NCBI GenBank assembly: GCA_020184695.1
Contig: JAANOX010000142.1
Coordinates: 186,001 to 250,000 of the forward strand
Length of the DNA stretch: 64,000 nt
Source: Histomonas meleagridis 2922-C6/04-290x
Lineage: Eukaryota; Protista; Parabasalia
Direction of reading: 5' to 3'
The position numbers were made by a program, and so were the translations under genes. The notes below the pieces were generated by a model, which was not told the origin of the DNA, made no database searches, and saw only the letters and a program-made list of their open reading frames with translations. Below are positions 53,529 through 64,000 of this stretch, piece by piece; within the stretch, counting starts at the first letter, position 1, and every line of letters begins with the position of its first letter.

Positions 53529-54236
53529 ATATATAATTATCGAAATGTCGCTACTTTAATATAAATATCAAAATTATAATGTTTTAATATAAAAAGATCC
53601 TGAAGTATAATAGTATTACAGGTTGTTAATAAAAATATAAAGATGAACCAAAACGAAGACAATGATAATTTTTTCATGAAATTTTATATGAAAGATATTT
53701 AAAAAAAAAAAATTGTATAATTCTATTATTATTTTATTGTGGTGTTTTATTTGACTTGTTGTATTCAACAATTATTCAAAATATATAATAAATTACTATT
53801 AATGCAGTTTGGATCTGAAATGATCTAACCCGCTGATTTCCCAAACAAACATACTCAATTTATATGTCGATCAAATTACATAGAAATATATCGTATGAGT
53901 AAAGCTCACAATCGAGTGACGAATTGAATTATTAAATTAAGCCATTTCAGAAGAAAAGTGCCAAAATGATTTTTTAATTCTTCTGCTTTTTTAGCAAAAA
54001 ATAATATTAATTAATATGTAATTTTTATATATTTTATTTATTTAACTGATTGGATAAACAAATAATTTTTTGCTGATTAATTAATTAAGTAAATAAATGA
54101 ATAAATTATTTTTTAACAAATTAGTGCACCAACATGGGGCAGAGCCAATATTATTTGTGTATGTATGTGTGTACTGTTCGAGAGATATTTGGGAAATTTG
54201 GATTTTTAGATATCTAAACATTTCAGATATCTGAAA

Positions 54237-54572
54237 ATCATATGATTTGCTAACTCCTTAATTCCCATTCTTCTATTAGATATAGTCAAATTTATTACTT
54301 CTAATTCAAGTTCTGGGGTACTCTTTTTTGGTCGACATAATTTTACGTTCAAATTTAATAAATTTAATTCACCTGAATTGATTTGTTCCCTTATATTATG
54401 AATCAAATTTCTACCGTGCTTATATTTTATTTCAATCTGTAAGTCAATCATTCCTTCAAGTATTCCCTTACATCAAGTCTTTTTTCTACCATTTTGCCTG
54501 ACATTTCCATCGAAGTGTCATTTGTCAAATAACCGTTTACGATAGAATGGCTCATCTTTTTTGCAAAGACTT
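54237..54572 (-). mobile_element. 5' remnant of a second, related Tc1-like element (degenerate TIR plus transposase HTH)
   Basis: LCRPKKSTPELELEVINLTISNRRMGIKELAN aligns with the transposase at 10113. Upstream AAGTCTTTGCAAAAAAGATGAGCCATT resembles the TIR and is followed by ACGGTTAT, as in element 1. Confidence 0.7.
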
Positions 54573-55148
54573 GATCATGAATTCATATGAATCAATTAAA
54601 TGATTTGTAATTAATGAGACTTTTTCGTATACATAAAATTTAATGTTTCCATACAATCGTTGAAATATTATTGAAAGGAAATTACGTTTAAAAAGATAAC
54701 AAGTGCACAGATCAGATGGAAAAAATAGAAAAACGCATCTAAACGAGTTTGATTTCTTTATTTATCAAATAAATATTTATCATTAAATTTAAATATTGTC
54801 TTCAGACTGCATTTGAACATGTTAAGAGTTGATAAACATCTTCACGACAAAAAGTATTTTATGTACAATGCCATACGAAGATTTTATCGTGATGGCTAAT
54901 TGGTGCATGAAGAGAAAAAAATCGAATTCTTTATAAGGCATAAAATTTTTACTGGATTCATGAGTGTGATCAATAATGAGAAATATTTTTATTCTTCAAT
55001 TTTAATATTATATGTAAATTAAACAGAATTTGTTATATTTAGTAAAAATTAAATAAAAATGATAATGAATTCGACGATGTAAAGAATATGTCAAATGAAG
55101 AAATTCAAAATTTATATAAACATTGATGATATAATAATTAAAAATTAT

Positions 55149-57023
55149 TTATATTTGAATGTGATTATCAAATTCATTATCTTGGAAATCATTCGCAAAT
55201 GGATCTTCTTCAATATGATTCATCTGAATGTTTATGATTTTGTGATCGATAACATTTCCTTCATTTTGATAATTTTTATTATTTTGATAATTTTCGTCAT
55301 TTTCTTCGTTCATTTCGTTTTCGTCAAATGATGGCAAATTTTTTTTATGTTTTCGTCTATAAAAATAAATAATAAGAATAAAACAAAAAATGATTAGAAC
55401 AATAATAACAACACAAATAATTATAAGAATATTATGTTCTTTATCATTTTGAACATTTTCTTCGTTTTCGTTGATAATATAATAATATTTCGAATAATAT
55501 GAATATGAAATTAAATATTGAATAATTGTATATTTATAAAATATGAATTCTGAATACGTGAAATAACGATTTAAATTACTAAATGTTAAATATAATGATT
55601 GCGAAAAAAATGTATTAATAAGAAGTGTTTTCGTATTTGTTATAGTTTGAATTAATACAAATGAATAAGTTAAAGATTTACTATTTAGAAATATTTCATA
55701 AAATGTATTTGATTTAGAAAATGCATTTGATTTAGTAAATGAATTTGTAAATGAATTCGATTTAGTAAATGTATTTGAATTAGAAAATGTATTCGATTTA
55801 GTAAATGTATTTGATTTAGTAAATGTATTCGATTTAGTAAATGTATTTGATTTAGTAAATGGATTCGATTTAGTAAATGTATTTGTAAATGAATTCGATT
55901 TAGTAAATGTATTTGATTTAGTAAATGTATTCGATTTAGTAAATGTATTTGATTTAGTAAATGGATTCGATTTAGTAAATGTATTTGTTGGTCTATTCAA
56001 TGTAAAATTATAATGATATATGGTTAGAATTTTAAATTCATTAGATTCAAATTGTTTATAAAATGTTTCTCCATTTATTGTTGCTTTAATTGTTAATTCT
56101 TCATATTTTTGTGCAAGAACATATACATTATAAACTCTTGTGCCTCGTGAAACATTATTCATATATTCTCCATTCGTAATTTCATATTCATTAATAATAC
56201 TTGCATTGGAATCAGCACTGACTGCAAGTGTCTTAACATTAAATGTGCCTTCGTGCTTTAATCCACTAATATAAAATCACCAATTCGTTGATGATATTTC
56301 ATTCGTATCGAATCCAGAACCAAGTTGAATTGTAATTTCAAGAATTGGCGTTATAGTATACACTTGAATTTGAGGGTTTGGTTTTCCGTAATAAGTTTCT
56401 GATGTTTCTGCAAGGATGTTTAATTGTTCCTTTGCTGATGATGTTTGCACTACATTAGTATTAATAATTTTATATCCTTGTGAATTCACATCTGAAAAAT
56501 ATGGATAATATACAGTAAAGGTTATTGTTTCGTTGTAATCTTCAAAATAAATACCAGTTCGTATTATATCATTACTCCAAGTGCATTGCTTATTTATGTA
56601 CTTAAATTCCATGTCACTCCTGGTTGCATCAACAATTGTAAACCCAAATTTGTCACCGTTTTGGAATCTTCCATAAGAAATAAGCTCAAACCAAATTGTA
56701 TCGTCTGCCGCAAGAAGTTTTTTGTTCTTCTTCTTCATTTGTATATCTGTATCATCGATTTTATCATTATTTATGTCGAAAATTAAACGAAAATTTTCAT
56801 TTAAATTAGATGTTTGTAAGTTAGAAATGGAATTTTTGTTATATTTATCATATAGCTTTTTGTTTTTTTCTTCTAATAGATTATTTTGTGTTTTATTGCG
56901 TTTGAAAAATCGAAAAAAATCTTTCGAAATTTTAAAATTTGATTGATGTAAATCTGAATTATTTGCAACACATGAAGCATCACTGCTAAATGTAATTATC
57001 AACATACCTAACACGATATTCAT
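55149..57023 (-). pseudogene. Type I surface protein (non-LRR ectodomain, TFTKSN stalk, TM, EEDPF tail) interrupted by one in-frame TGA
   Basis: ORFs 56277..57023 and 55149..56162 are in the same frame, with only TGA 56277-56279 between them. Confidence 0.8.
55701..55987 (-). repeat. 18-nt coding tandem repeat (TFTKSN)n
   Basis: GATTTAGTAAATGTATTY units on the + strand. Confidence 0.95.
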
Positions 57024-57719
57024 TTGACATTAAACTGTAAAACGATGCACACAGCCAAATCATTTTGAGAGTATGAGAAAAGTGACAATAAAACAGTCTC
57101 TTAACGTTTTTGGTTTCTACATCATTATAAAAGATATGATGAATTCTCGAAGGTCCTAACATCCCACAACTGGTCTTAATATTCGTGTAATATCAATATG
57201 TTAAAAATGATATGTATATCGATTTAAAATACAATATTAAATCAATCATAACCCTAAAAAAATGGTTATGAGGAATCTCCTCTTCACCAAAATGAAGTAA
57301 ATTAAGTGAACAATAAATAATATGAGGTTCAGGAAAATTTATATGAGTGAAATTTCAGGGTTAGATAAACTTATGTTAAGATAAATATATTTCGAAAATA
57401 GATGAGAAACTTTATGTTTTATTTATATTGTAAATGAGTAAGAAATATTCTTTACATTGGTCCTTCCGAGCAATTTTTTTTTCTTCTTTCAACTTTTTGT
57501 ATACTTTGTTCGTGTATTCTTGCCATACATAGATAACGATACAAGATAACCGACAGATTAAAATTCAATGTGTTCTTCGGAATTTTAGATGGTGAGTTTC
57601 TATAGTTGCACATAGAAAGATTTCTATTTTTTTATCATTGATCGATGATAAACATTTATGTATATGATTTTAATGACAATTTGATATTTACCATTCTCTT
57701 TTGATGCTCATTAAAACTT

Positions 57720-58124
57720 TTTGAAACAGAAATCAATGGACAGCATACTATCTTAAAATAATTAAAGTTTTTTTTGAACAAAAAGGAATATGTATTAATG
57801 TAAAAAATATTAATTTGCCTTGTTAGATATTTATTCAAATAATTTTATGTTTCGAAATAATATTTGAAAATTATTTAAATTATTTGAAACAGCACTTATT
57901 TTAGCAGTACAAAATTGTCATACAGAAATCATTAAATTACTTCTTGAACAAGAAGGAATTTATGTAGGTGTTAGAAATTATTTGATTTATTTGAAGTATT
58001 TATTAATCATTTGGTATTTCAAAATAATATAATTAATTTTCCTTTAAAAATATAAAACAGCTCTTATTTATGCATCAGGAAGAACAATGCTGACATAATT
58101 CGGTTATTTGCAAGATGGGGTTAA
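57720..58124 (+). other. Second ankyrin locus with two AT-rich inter-repeat inserts, partly decayed
   Basis: ..GICINVKN-[insert]-ETALILAVQNCHTEIIKLLLEQEGIYVGVR-[insert]-KTALIYASG..., with one frameshift in the last repeat. Confidence 0.7.
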
Positions 58125-58260
58125 ATCCAACGCAAAAAATGTTAAAAGACACAAAAGGATAAAATTCTCATATTTTCATTAACAATTCATATTTAATTAT
58201 TTGCTTATTGTAATTGTTTGATAAATCGCACCAAATTTGAAGAAACATTTTATTCTATAA

Positions 58261-59835
58261 TTACATTTCATAAAACTGCGTATGTTCGTACTCAATTCTC
58301 ATGTACGAGTTCTTCGGTGTATAATGCGTTGCATTCGTGAAGCACACTGGCACATATCCAGCGTGTACTCTATAATGGCAATACGTATGTTTCATTGGGT
58401 TATGTTCATTATCGATCTTTATCTTATTTAACTCTTGGTCATTTGCGTTACTTTTATTGTCATTTTGGAACTGTTTTGTTGCATAAATTTTCCTTGTCGA
58501 GATTGTATCGCAAACCATTTTCGACGAAATACACAAATGGACATCTTCGCCGTATCTAAATGTGGCAGGACTTAGTCGTGCGGCGACTCTTGCGTTATAT
58601 GGCCTATACATTAATGGCACCGCAACATGGTCAAGTGGCTTGCAATGCTTAATTTGTCCAATCCATTTCCCACACGACTTCCGAACATCGCGCAGTCCAG
58701 CCATGCCAATGATCAAATTCTTGTCGCGGATGATGTTCATGAAATTTTTGTGTATGTCAACGTCATCAGGCATTTGATCATCGTCCCAGCGCATGACGAA
58801 ATCGACGGGAAATAGTCCGGAGATGTAAAGAGGATAAAAGAACAATAGCTGCCAATTATAGCCCCAGATATGATAGACAGGGCGTGATGATTTCGAGCGA
58901 ATAAGTTCGATGTTGAAGGTGACTCGATTTTCACATTGAACAAGACAATAAAATTCGGGTAAAATAGTTTGCTTTTCATAACTGGTGATAAAGTCATAGA
59001 TGTACTCACGCTTAAACTGAGGGAGAAGAACACCAATTGTTGGGTCTTTAGGATCTTTAAGATTTGGACATGTTTGATAATGCGGAATTTGAGCATTTGT
59101 AACATAGTCATAGTTTTGTAATGGTTTAAGCCCTTCAAATTCATAAAAAATCGACCGAAATTCTTCGTTTGCGCTGTTGAGTAATGAAAGTGCTAAAAGT
59201 GGTGGAACTTCAAAAACATTTACATTTGTATAATAAAGTAATTCACGAATAACTGGAGTACGAACTAACGCTACACCAATGCCAGCAGGAATGTTATTAT
59301 ATGTTGTTTCGCCGCCATAAAGTACATCACAATCTGACTCTTGAATTTTGATAATGGATTCTTCAAGCCATGAAGTGGAGGGCATATAATTGACATTGGA
59401 TGCATTAACAAAAAATACATAATCAGGCATCTCCATTAAATACAATGAACCAACAAGTGTGACATATCCGAGATCTGGGAAATCGGAATAAGTAACCTTT
59501 TGAGTGTAGCCACCTTTGGGTATAGTAGAGTTACGAATGGTTAAATGATAATTTGTTATGACGATTTTTTGGGTATCTTCATATGTTTCAAGATGAATTG
59601 GTTGCTTCATTTCCACACCTATTGCTACTTTGACATTTTTTACAGTTCTGTTTGCATTGTTACTGTATCGCTTTTTAAAAATACGTCTTGTTATCTGACC
59701 AGATAATTCATCGTTGAAAAAGGGAATAACACCTACAAAACAGAAAAACAACATGGCTAAGAAAATGTAGCTAAGAATATATGATAATAAAATTGTAATT
59801 TTGGATGATAAACAAGTTTTGCAGCTAAGTCCCAT
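58261..59835 (-). CDS. Type II membrane protein, putative GT-A-fold glycosyltransferase
   Basis: N-terminal TM anchor; GVLLPQFKREY..F..YEKQT and FVMRWDDDQMP (DxD). Confidence 0.6.
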   Translation of the reverse strand: MGLSCKTCLSSKITILLSYILSYIFLAMLFFCFVGVIPFFNDELSGQITRRIFKKRYSNNANRTVKNVKVAIGVEMKQPIHLETYEDTQKIVITNYHLTIRNSTIPKGGYTQKVTYSDFPDLGYVTLVGSLYLMEMPDYVFFVNASNVNYMPSTSWLEESIIKIQESDCDVLYGGETTYNNIPAGIGVALVRTPVIRELLYYTNVNVFEVPPLLALSLLNSANEEFRSIFYEFEGLKPLQNYDYVTNAQIPHYQTCPNLKDPKDPTIGVLLPQFKREYIYDFITSYEKQTILPEFYCLVQCENRVTFNIELIRSKSSRPVYHIWGYNWQLLFFYPLYISGLFPVDFVMRWDDDQMPDDVDIHKNFMNIIRDKNLIIGMAGLRDVRKSCGKWIGQIKHCKPLDHVAVPLMYRPYNARVAARLSPATFRYGEDVHLCISSKMVCDTISTRKIYATKQFQNDNKSNANDQELNKIKIDNEHNPMKHTYCHYRVHAGYVPVCFTNATHYTPKNSYMRIEYEHTQFYEM

Positions 59836-60921
59836 TTCATGCTCAACAAAGTTCTCAAATTTGGACGTTTAAATAGAGCCCGAAAAACCCTGTCAAGACG
59901 GGAAAAACTATGTCAAGATTTTGTATGAAAAAGTCGTTTTTTAAGTCGAAAATAATCGTATTGTAATATTTGGCCGGCTAATTATGCGCACAAAAAATGA
60001 ATTTCAATGGTTTACTATGATGAGAAAACTAATTTTAAAATTAATAAAATTGTATATAGGTACATTTAAAGCACAACATTTTACAGCACAATTTTGATAA
60101 TAGGTATGCTAATATGGGTACCCATCATAATTATAATTTTCAAAGATAAAAAAAAATAATCAAAAACATGGAGTAAGCGGGTCGTTTTAGATAGTTTTAC
60201 GAATGGGCATTGGCTACCGAATGTTTTTAAATGAAATTTGATTTTTTAATCGCTAAAAAGGTCTTCATTTTTAGTGAAATATTCCTTGGAATCGAGCTCT
60301 ATAAAATTAACGCCTATGAAATTGGAGTTATTAACTGATTTCAAGCGGTTATTTTCTTTGTTTTCCCTTGCACATAAATTTTGAGTAATTTCAACAGTTT
60401 GACTAACGTAACCTGTGAAACAAAATTTTTCACTGGAATTTGAATTGGCTAAACCACTCAGAATTGAAATTTTGTGAAAAGTTTAGGTGAAAATTTGAGT
60501 TCACGATACGGCATTAGTTGTGTTTATGCAGTAAAACACGAATAACTTATTTATATTTGATTATCTGTCAAAAACGTTTCAGAATCCATTAGATCTATAT
60601 ATATGAGTTATTGAAGTAGAATAGTGAAACTAATTATTCTTTTCATTAGTGTAAAACCATCACATAATGTTTTTATATGACATAAACCATAGAAAATTGT
60701 AAATCATCAATTATCAACCCTTTATAACTCACAATCAACAAAAGATTTATGCAAATATTCAACATATACTGAGTGGCATTGAGATGATAAAAATAATTTT
60801 TAATACAAATATCAATAAATCATCGAAATCATGAATATGGCCATCATATTCGCTTCTAACGAACATATTCAGTCAAATAATGCATTCAATAGTTTACATA
60901 TACAAATTTGTGCAGAAGAAA

Positions 60922-63900
60922 ATGGATCCATTCCAAGCCATCTTGACATGCTACCCAAAAAGCTATGCCGAATGGAAGCAAATGCGCAAGCATTTTATTC
61001 GTAGGATCCAACCAGTTTTATTAAGATTTACTGATTCACAAATTATTCAAAAATATAAAGAACTAATAATCAAATTGAAAGAAGATCCTCAAAATCCACA
61101 TCCTTCTGTCGCAATTCCAAAACTATTACTCTTCTCGATTTTTTCATATTTTAATAGAGATTATGATGAAATTAAACAATTTTATCCTATATTAACCAAA
61201 CACATGCAAAGCACCAATGAACTTATTTGTCGCATTACAGCTAAGACTCTATCATATTTATCACATGAATTAATTGATGTTAATTCTTATTTTCGGAAAC
61301 CTATTCAATATGCGCGTGCCTGTATTCAAAATCACCGACTTCAAAACAATGGTTTATTTATACTTAAGCAAGCCCGTAAACGTGCACATATTGAAACAAT
61401 CAATACAACGATCAAAATCTTTTCAGAATTAACCAATTTAGCGTTAGGAGAAGAATCTATAACCAAGAAGATTTCCATTCAACTCATTCATTTTCTCTTA
61501 AAATGGGATAATTTTAATAGTTCGATGCCATTACTTACCACATTATTCAATCGATGTCTTCAATCATTACATAGTTCGGTTCCATTATTAAATCGTATAT
61601 TCCAGACTCATAAATTCTTATTTAAACAAGAAACCATTGATCAATTATTTAATTATTGTATCCAAATCAAAGATAATGAAGTTTTATTATATGATATATG
61701 TAACTTATTAATTGAAACATGTTCTAAATCACATTTTAATATTAATACAGAACAATTATTACAAATATTAATACAACATAAATATTCACAATTAATCACA
61801 AAAACAATAGAATTTTCACCAACGAAAATTAATATTTATTCAATAGTTAAATACATTGAAACACAATCGATTAAATATGAATGTAATCAAAATGAACATT
61901 GTTTATTATCAATTGTTGAATCATTAATTCGACATATTCCTAATATTATCATTGATTTAAAACGATTTAATATTTGTGATCATTTTATTAATTGTTTAAA
62001 TCTACGAAAAGATTTAATATCGGATGAAATAATTGACAAATATTTAAATTATATTTGTTCGAAAGATGCAACATTAGAAAATGTTAAACATGGATTAATG
62101 TTAAGTCAATTATATCCACATAAAAGCAAAGTCGCATATTCGACTTTTTTTATTGATTTATTAAATTTAAAAAATGTTAACATTAGTCGTAGTAAATTAT
62201 TTCTTTCTTTAGTTAATCATCCAACAGCAGATCCGATATTTTTAGTGAACATTAGTTTATATGATCCAAGTAAAACAATTCGTTTATTAGCAGTAAAATA
62301 TTTAAAGCCAACAATCCAATTATCATATTATACTCCAATCTTCCAAATATTATATGATTCTTCATATAAAGTACGTCGGAAAGCTATACGATTTTTTAGT
62401 CAATTAGTGAATTATAACCCAATGTTATTATGCGAATTAGATTATCGATTTACTCGATTAATTGATCAAATCAAATTCACACGGAATTTACGAGTTATGT
62501 CTAAATCTGCTTCATTAATTTGGGCGATATGTAAATATTGGAAAAAAGTTTCAGAGAAATATTCAAATATTATTACACATATTTGTTTATCAGCATTTGA
62601 GTTACCTTTAATTGAACATTGTACTAATATTAATAAAGAAATAATACCAAACTTTGAAATCCCTTCCGAAATGAATCAATCATTAACTAATTCATTGACA
62701 CCTTTAAATAATACTTATTCTGATTCATCTAAAAAAATGGAATCAATTGACTTCTCTAAACTTTCATTCGATGCAACACATTCATTTGTAGAACAAATGA
62801 AATTATCTGAATTTTCGCTAATGGATGAAAAGTCTAGTACTGCAAGTCAACCATCTTCTAAACTTAGTAAAGAAATATTAAATAACATATCAACGATAAC
62901 AGAAAATGAGAATTTCCATTATCAAAAAGAGAAACAAGAGAAATTATTACAAATATATGCGAACACTGAATATTATAAATCGAAACTAATAAAAATAATT
63001 AATAAAAAAGATACTGATAAAAGGGATTGTCGCTTATGTAAAGCGTTAAGTTATTTAGCGATTAATTCGGAGCCTTCATTAACAACTATTTTAAATGCGT
63101 TTAATTATTTATTCTCACAACGGAAATCAGATAAATATTATTTATCATTAGTAAAATCATTACAAAGATTATCAACATTAACTTATAATGGATTAAATAT
63201 TCGTTTACGTTGTCCTTCATTAATGATACCATTATCAAATATATTAGTCCAAACACATGATCAAAAACTTGCAACAAATATTATAAAACTTTTCGGAAGT
63301 TCTTTTGATTATTTCGATACATTTCAATTACGAAAAACAGATGAAAATGATTTCTTATTTGTTAATACTACTGATTTTGTATTTAATAACATATTAACAT
63401 ATTTCCATACGCCTTCATTACCATTATTTGCAGCGATTACAATGATTATTGAAGGCGATCCAATTAATTCTGCTAAATATATCAGTAAAATTATTCCAAT
63501 TTTCATTAGATCAATACATTCAACAGTAAACTTTCGAAAAACTTTATTTAAATATTTGGAAATAATTGTATGTCATTATAGATCAGAAATTGTTCAAATG
63601 ATTCCAATATTAGTTTCAACAATATTAAAATATTTTAATTTAAAATCATGTGTACATTTAGCCGTATGTTTATCTTATTATATTAAAGGAGAATTTACTC
63701 CGTTTTTAATAAATCTTTATCCAACTGTTCTAAGTAAATTAGGACAAAAAGATTTTTCATATTTTAAAGTTATTGTTAAATTAATTACATTTTTAATTAT
63801 ATATCAAAATCAATCAATAATTTTATTCTTAAATACAATCGAAATGAATAGTTATACACAACAATTTTTATTAGTTTTAGCTAAAAGTTTAACATTAATA

Positions 63901-64000
63901 GCTCAAAATGTAGATATAGAATTATATCAATCAAGATTTGTATATTTTTCTTATCGATTTTTATATCCTCCTTTATTATTTTCTTTATGTATTTTTGGTA
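60922..64000 (+). CDS. TOR: TOR-like PIKK kinase, N-terminal HEAT region (3' end outside the window; not in the ORF track)
   Basis: Frame 1 has no stop that I could find from 60835 to the window end. YDSSYKVRRKAIRFFSQLVNYNP and AITMIIEGDPINSAKYISKIIPIFIRSI...FKYLEIIVCHYRSEIVQMIPILV align with mTOR HEAT segments (NDQVFEIRELAI...MNP; AITFIFKSLGLKCVQFLPQVMP...FQQLGMLVSFVKSHIRPYM). Confidence 0.8.
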   Translation, partial: MDPFQAILTCYPKSYAEWKQMRKHFIRRIQPVLLRFTDSQIIQKYKELIIKLKEDPQNPHPSVAIPKLLLFSIFSYFNRDYDEIKQFYPILTKHMQSTNELICRITAKTLSYLSHELIDVNSYFRKPIQYARACIQNHRLQNNGLFILKQARKRAHIETINTTIKIFSELTNLALGEESITKKISIQLIHFLLKWDNFNSSMPLLTTLFNRCLQSLHSSVPLLNRIFQTHKFLFKQETIDQLFNYCIQIKDNEVLLYDICNLLIETCSKSHFNINTEQLLQILIQHKYSQLITKTIEFSPTKINIYSIVKYIETQSIKYECNQNEHCLLSIVESLIRHIPNIIIDLKRFNICDHFINCLNLRKDLISDEIIDKYLNYICSKDATLENVKHGLMLSQLYPHKSKVAYSTFFIDLLNLKNVNISRSKLFLSLVNHPTADPIFLVNISLYDPSKTIRLLAVKYLKPTIQLSYYTPIFQILYDSSYKVRRKAIRFFSQLVNYNPMLLCELDYRFTRLIDQIKFTRNLRVMSKSASLIWAICKYWKKVSEKYSNIITHICLSAFELPLIEHCTNINKEIIPNFEIPSEMNQSLTNSLTPLNNTYSDSSKKMESIDFSKLSFDATHSFVEQMKLSEFSLMDEKSSTASQPSSKLSKEILNNISTITENENFHYQKEKQEKLLQIYANTEYYKSKLIKIINKKDTDKRDCRLCKALSYLAINSEPSLTTILNAFNYLFSQRKSDKYYLSLVKSLQRLSTLTYNGLNIRLRCPSLMIPLSNILVQTHDQKLATNIIKLFGSSFDYFDTFQLRKTDENDFLFVNTTDFVFNNILTYFHTPSLPLFAAITMIIEGDPINSAKYISKIIPIFIRSIHSTVNFRKTLFKYLEIIVCHYRSEIVQMIPILVSTILKYFNLKSCVHLAVCLSYYIKGEFTPFLINLYPTVLSKLGQKDFSYFKVIVKLITFLIIYQNQSIILFLNTIEMNSYTQQFLLVLAKSLTLIAQNVDIELYQSRFVYFSYRFLYPPLLFSLCIFG

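Noticed and set aside
10401-56279. Stop-codon reassignment explaining the in-frame stops
   Set aside because: The internal stops are mixed (TAA, TGA) and not at conserved W or Q positions. Intact genes use normal TAA/TAG/TGA ends and need no reassignment.
1-64000. rRNA, tRNA or snRNA genes
   Set aside because: No cloverleaf or conserved rRNA/snRNA signature was seen by eye. A covariance-model scan would be needed to exclude them.

Overview
AT-rich eukaryotic genomic DNA, most consistent with a parabasalid protist (Trichomonas/Tritrichomonas-like). The evidence is intronless genes, BspA-type LRR_5 surface proteins, TCAYT-like initiators, a recurrent GACCGTTA/TAACGGTC (M3/Myb-type) core-promoter motif, and many stop codons fused to a TAAA poly(A) signal. 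The species cannot be named from sequence alone. A core block (about 14.7-44.4 kb) holds intact housekeeping genes: Tom40/porin-like beta-barrel, amino-acid transporter, ARM proteins, exportin-7-like, BTB, CFAP100-like, TRIP12/UPL3-like HECT ligase, cullin, STB6-like, TMEM62-like and CCDC191-like. A GT-A glycosyltransferase-like gene follows at 58.3-59.8 kb. A TOR-like PIKK gene, absent from the ORF track, runs off the right edge. Two accessory zones flank the core. The first (0-14 kb) has a decayed Helitron Rep/PIF1 element and a 4,027-bp Tc1-like element with perfect 27-bp TIRs and TA flanks that encloses an intact BspA gene. The second (44.4-58.2 kb) is a mosaic: a split Ariadne RBR ligase, a local duplication, a chimeric BspA, a second Tc1-like end, a possible Maverick gene relic, and two ankyrin loci. 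In those ankyrin loci each of the four inter-repeat junctions seen is interrupted at the same position by AT-rich, stop-containing inserts without GT-AG ends. The top leads are the BspA-carrying Tc1 composite, the ankyrin inserts, and genes that appear to start at TTG. All family assignments come from motif recognition by eye; no database searches were run.
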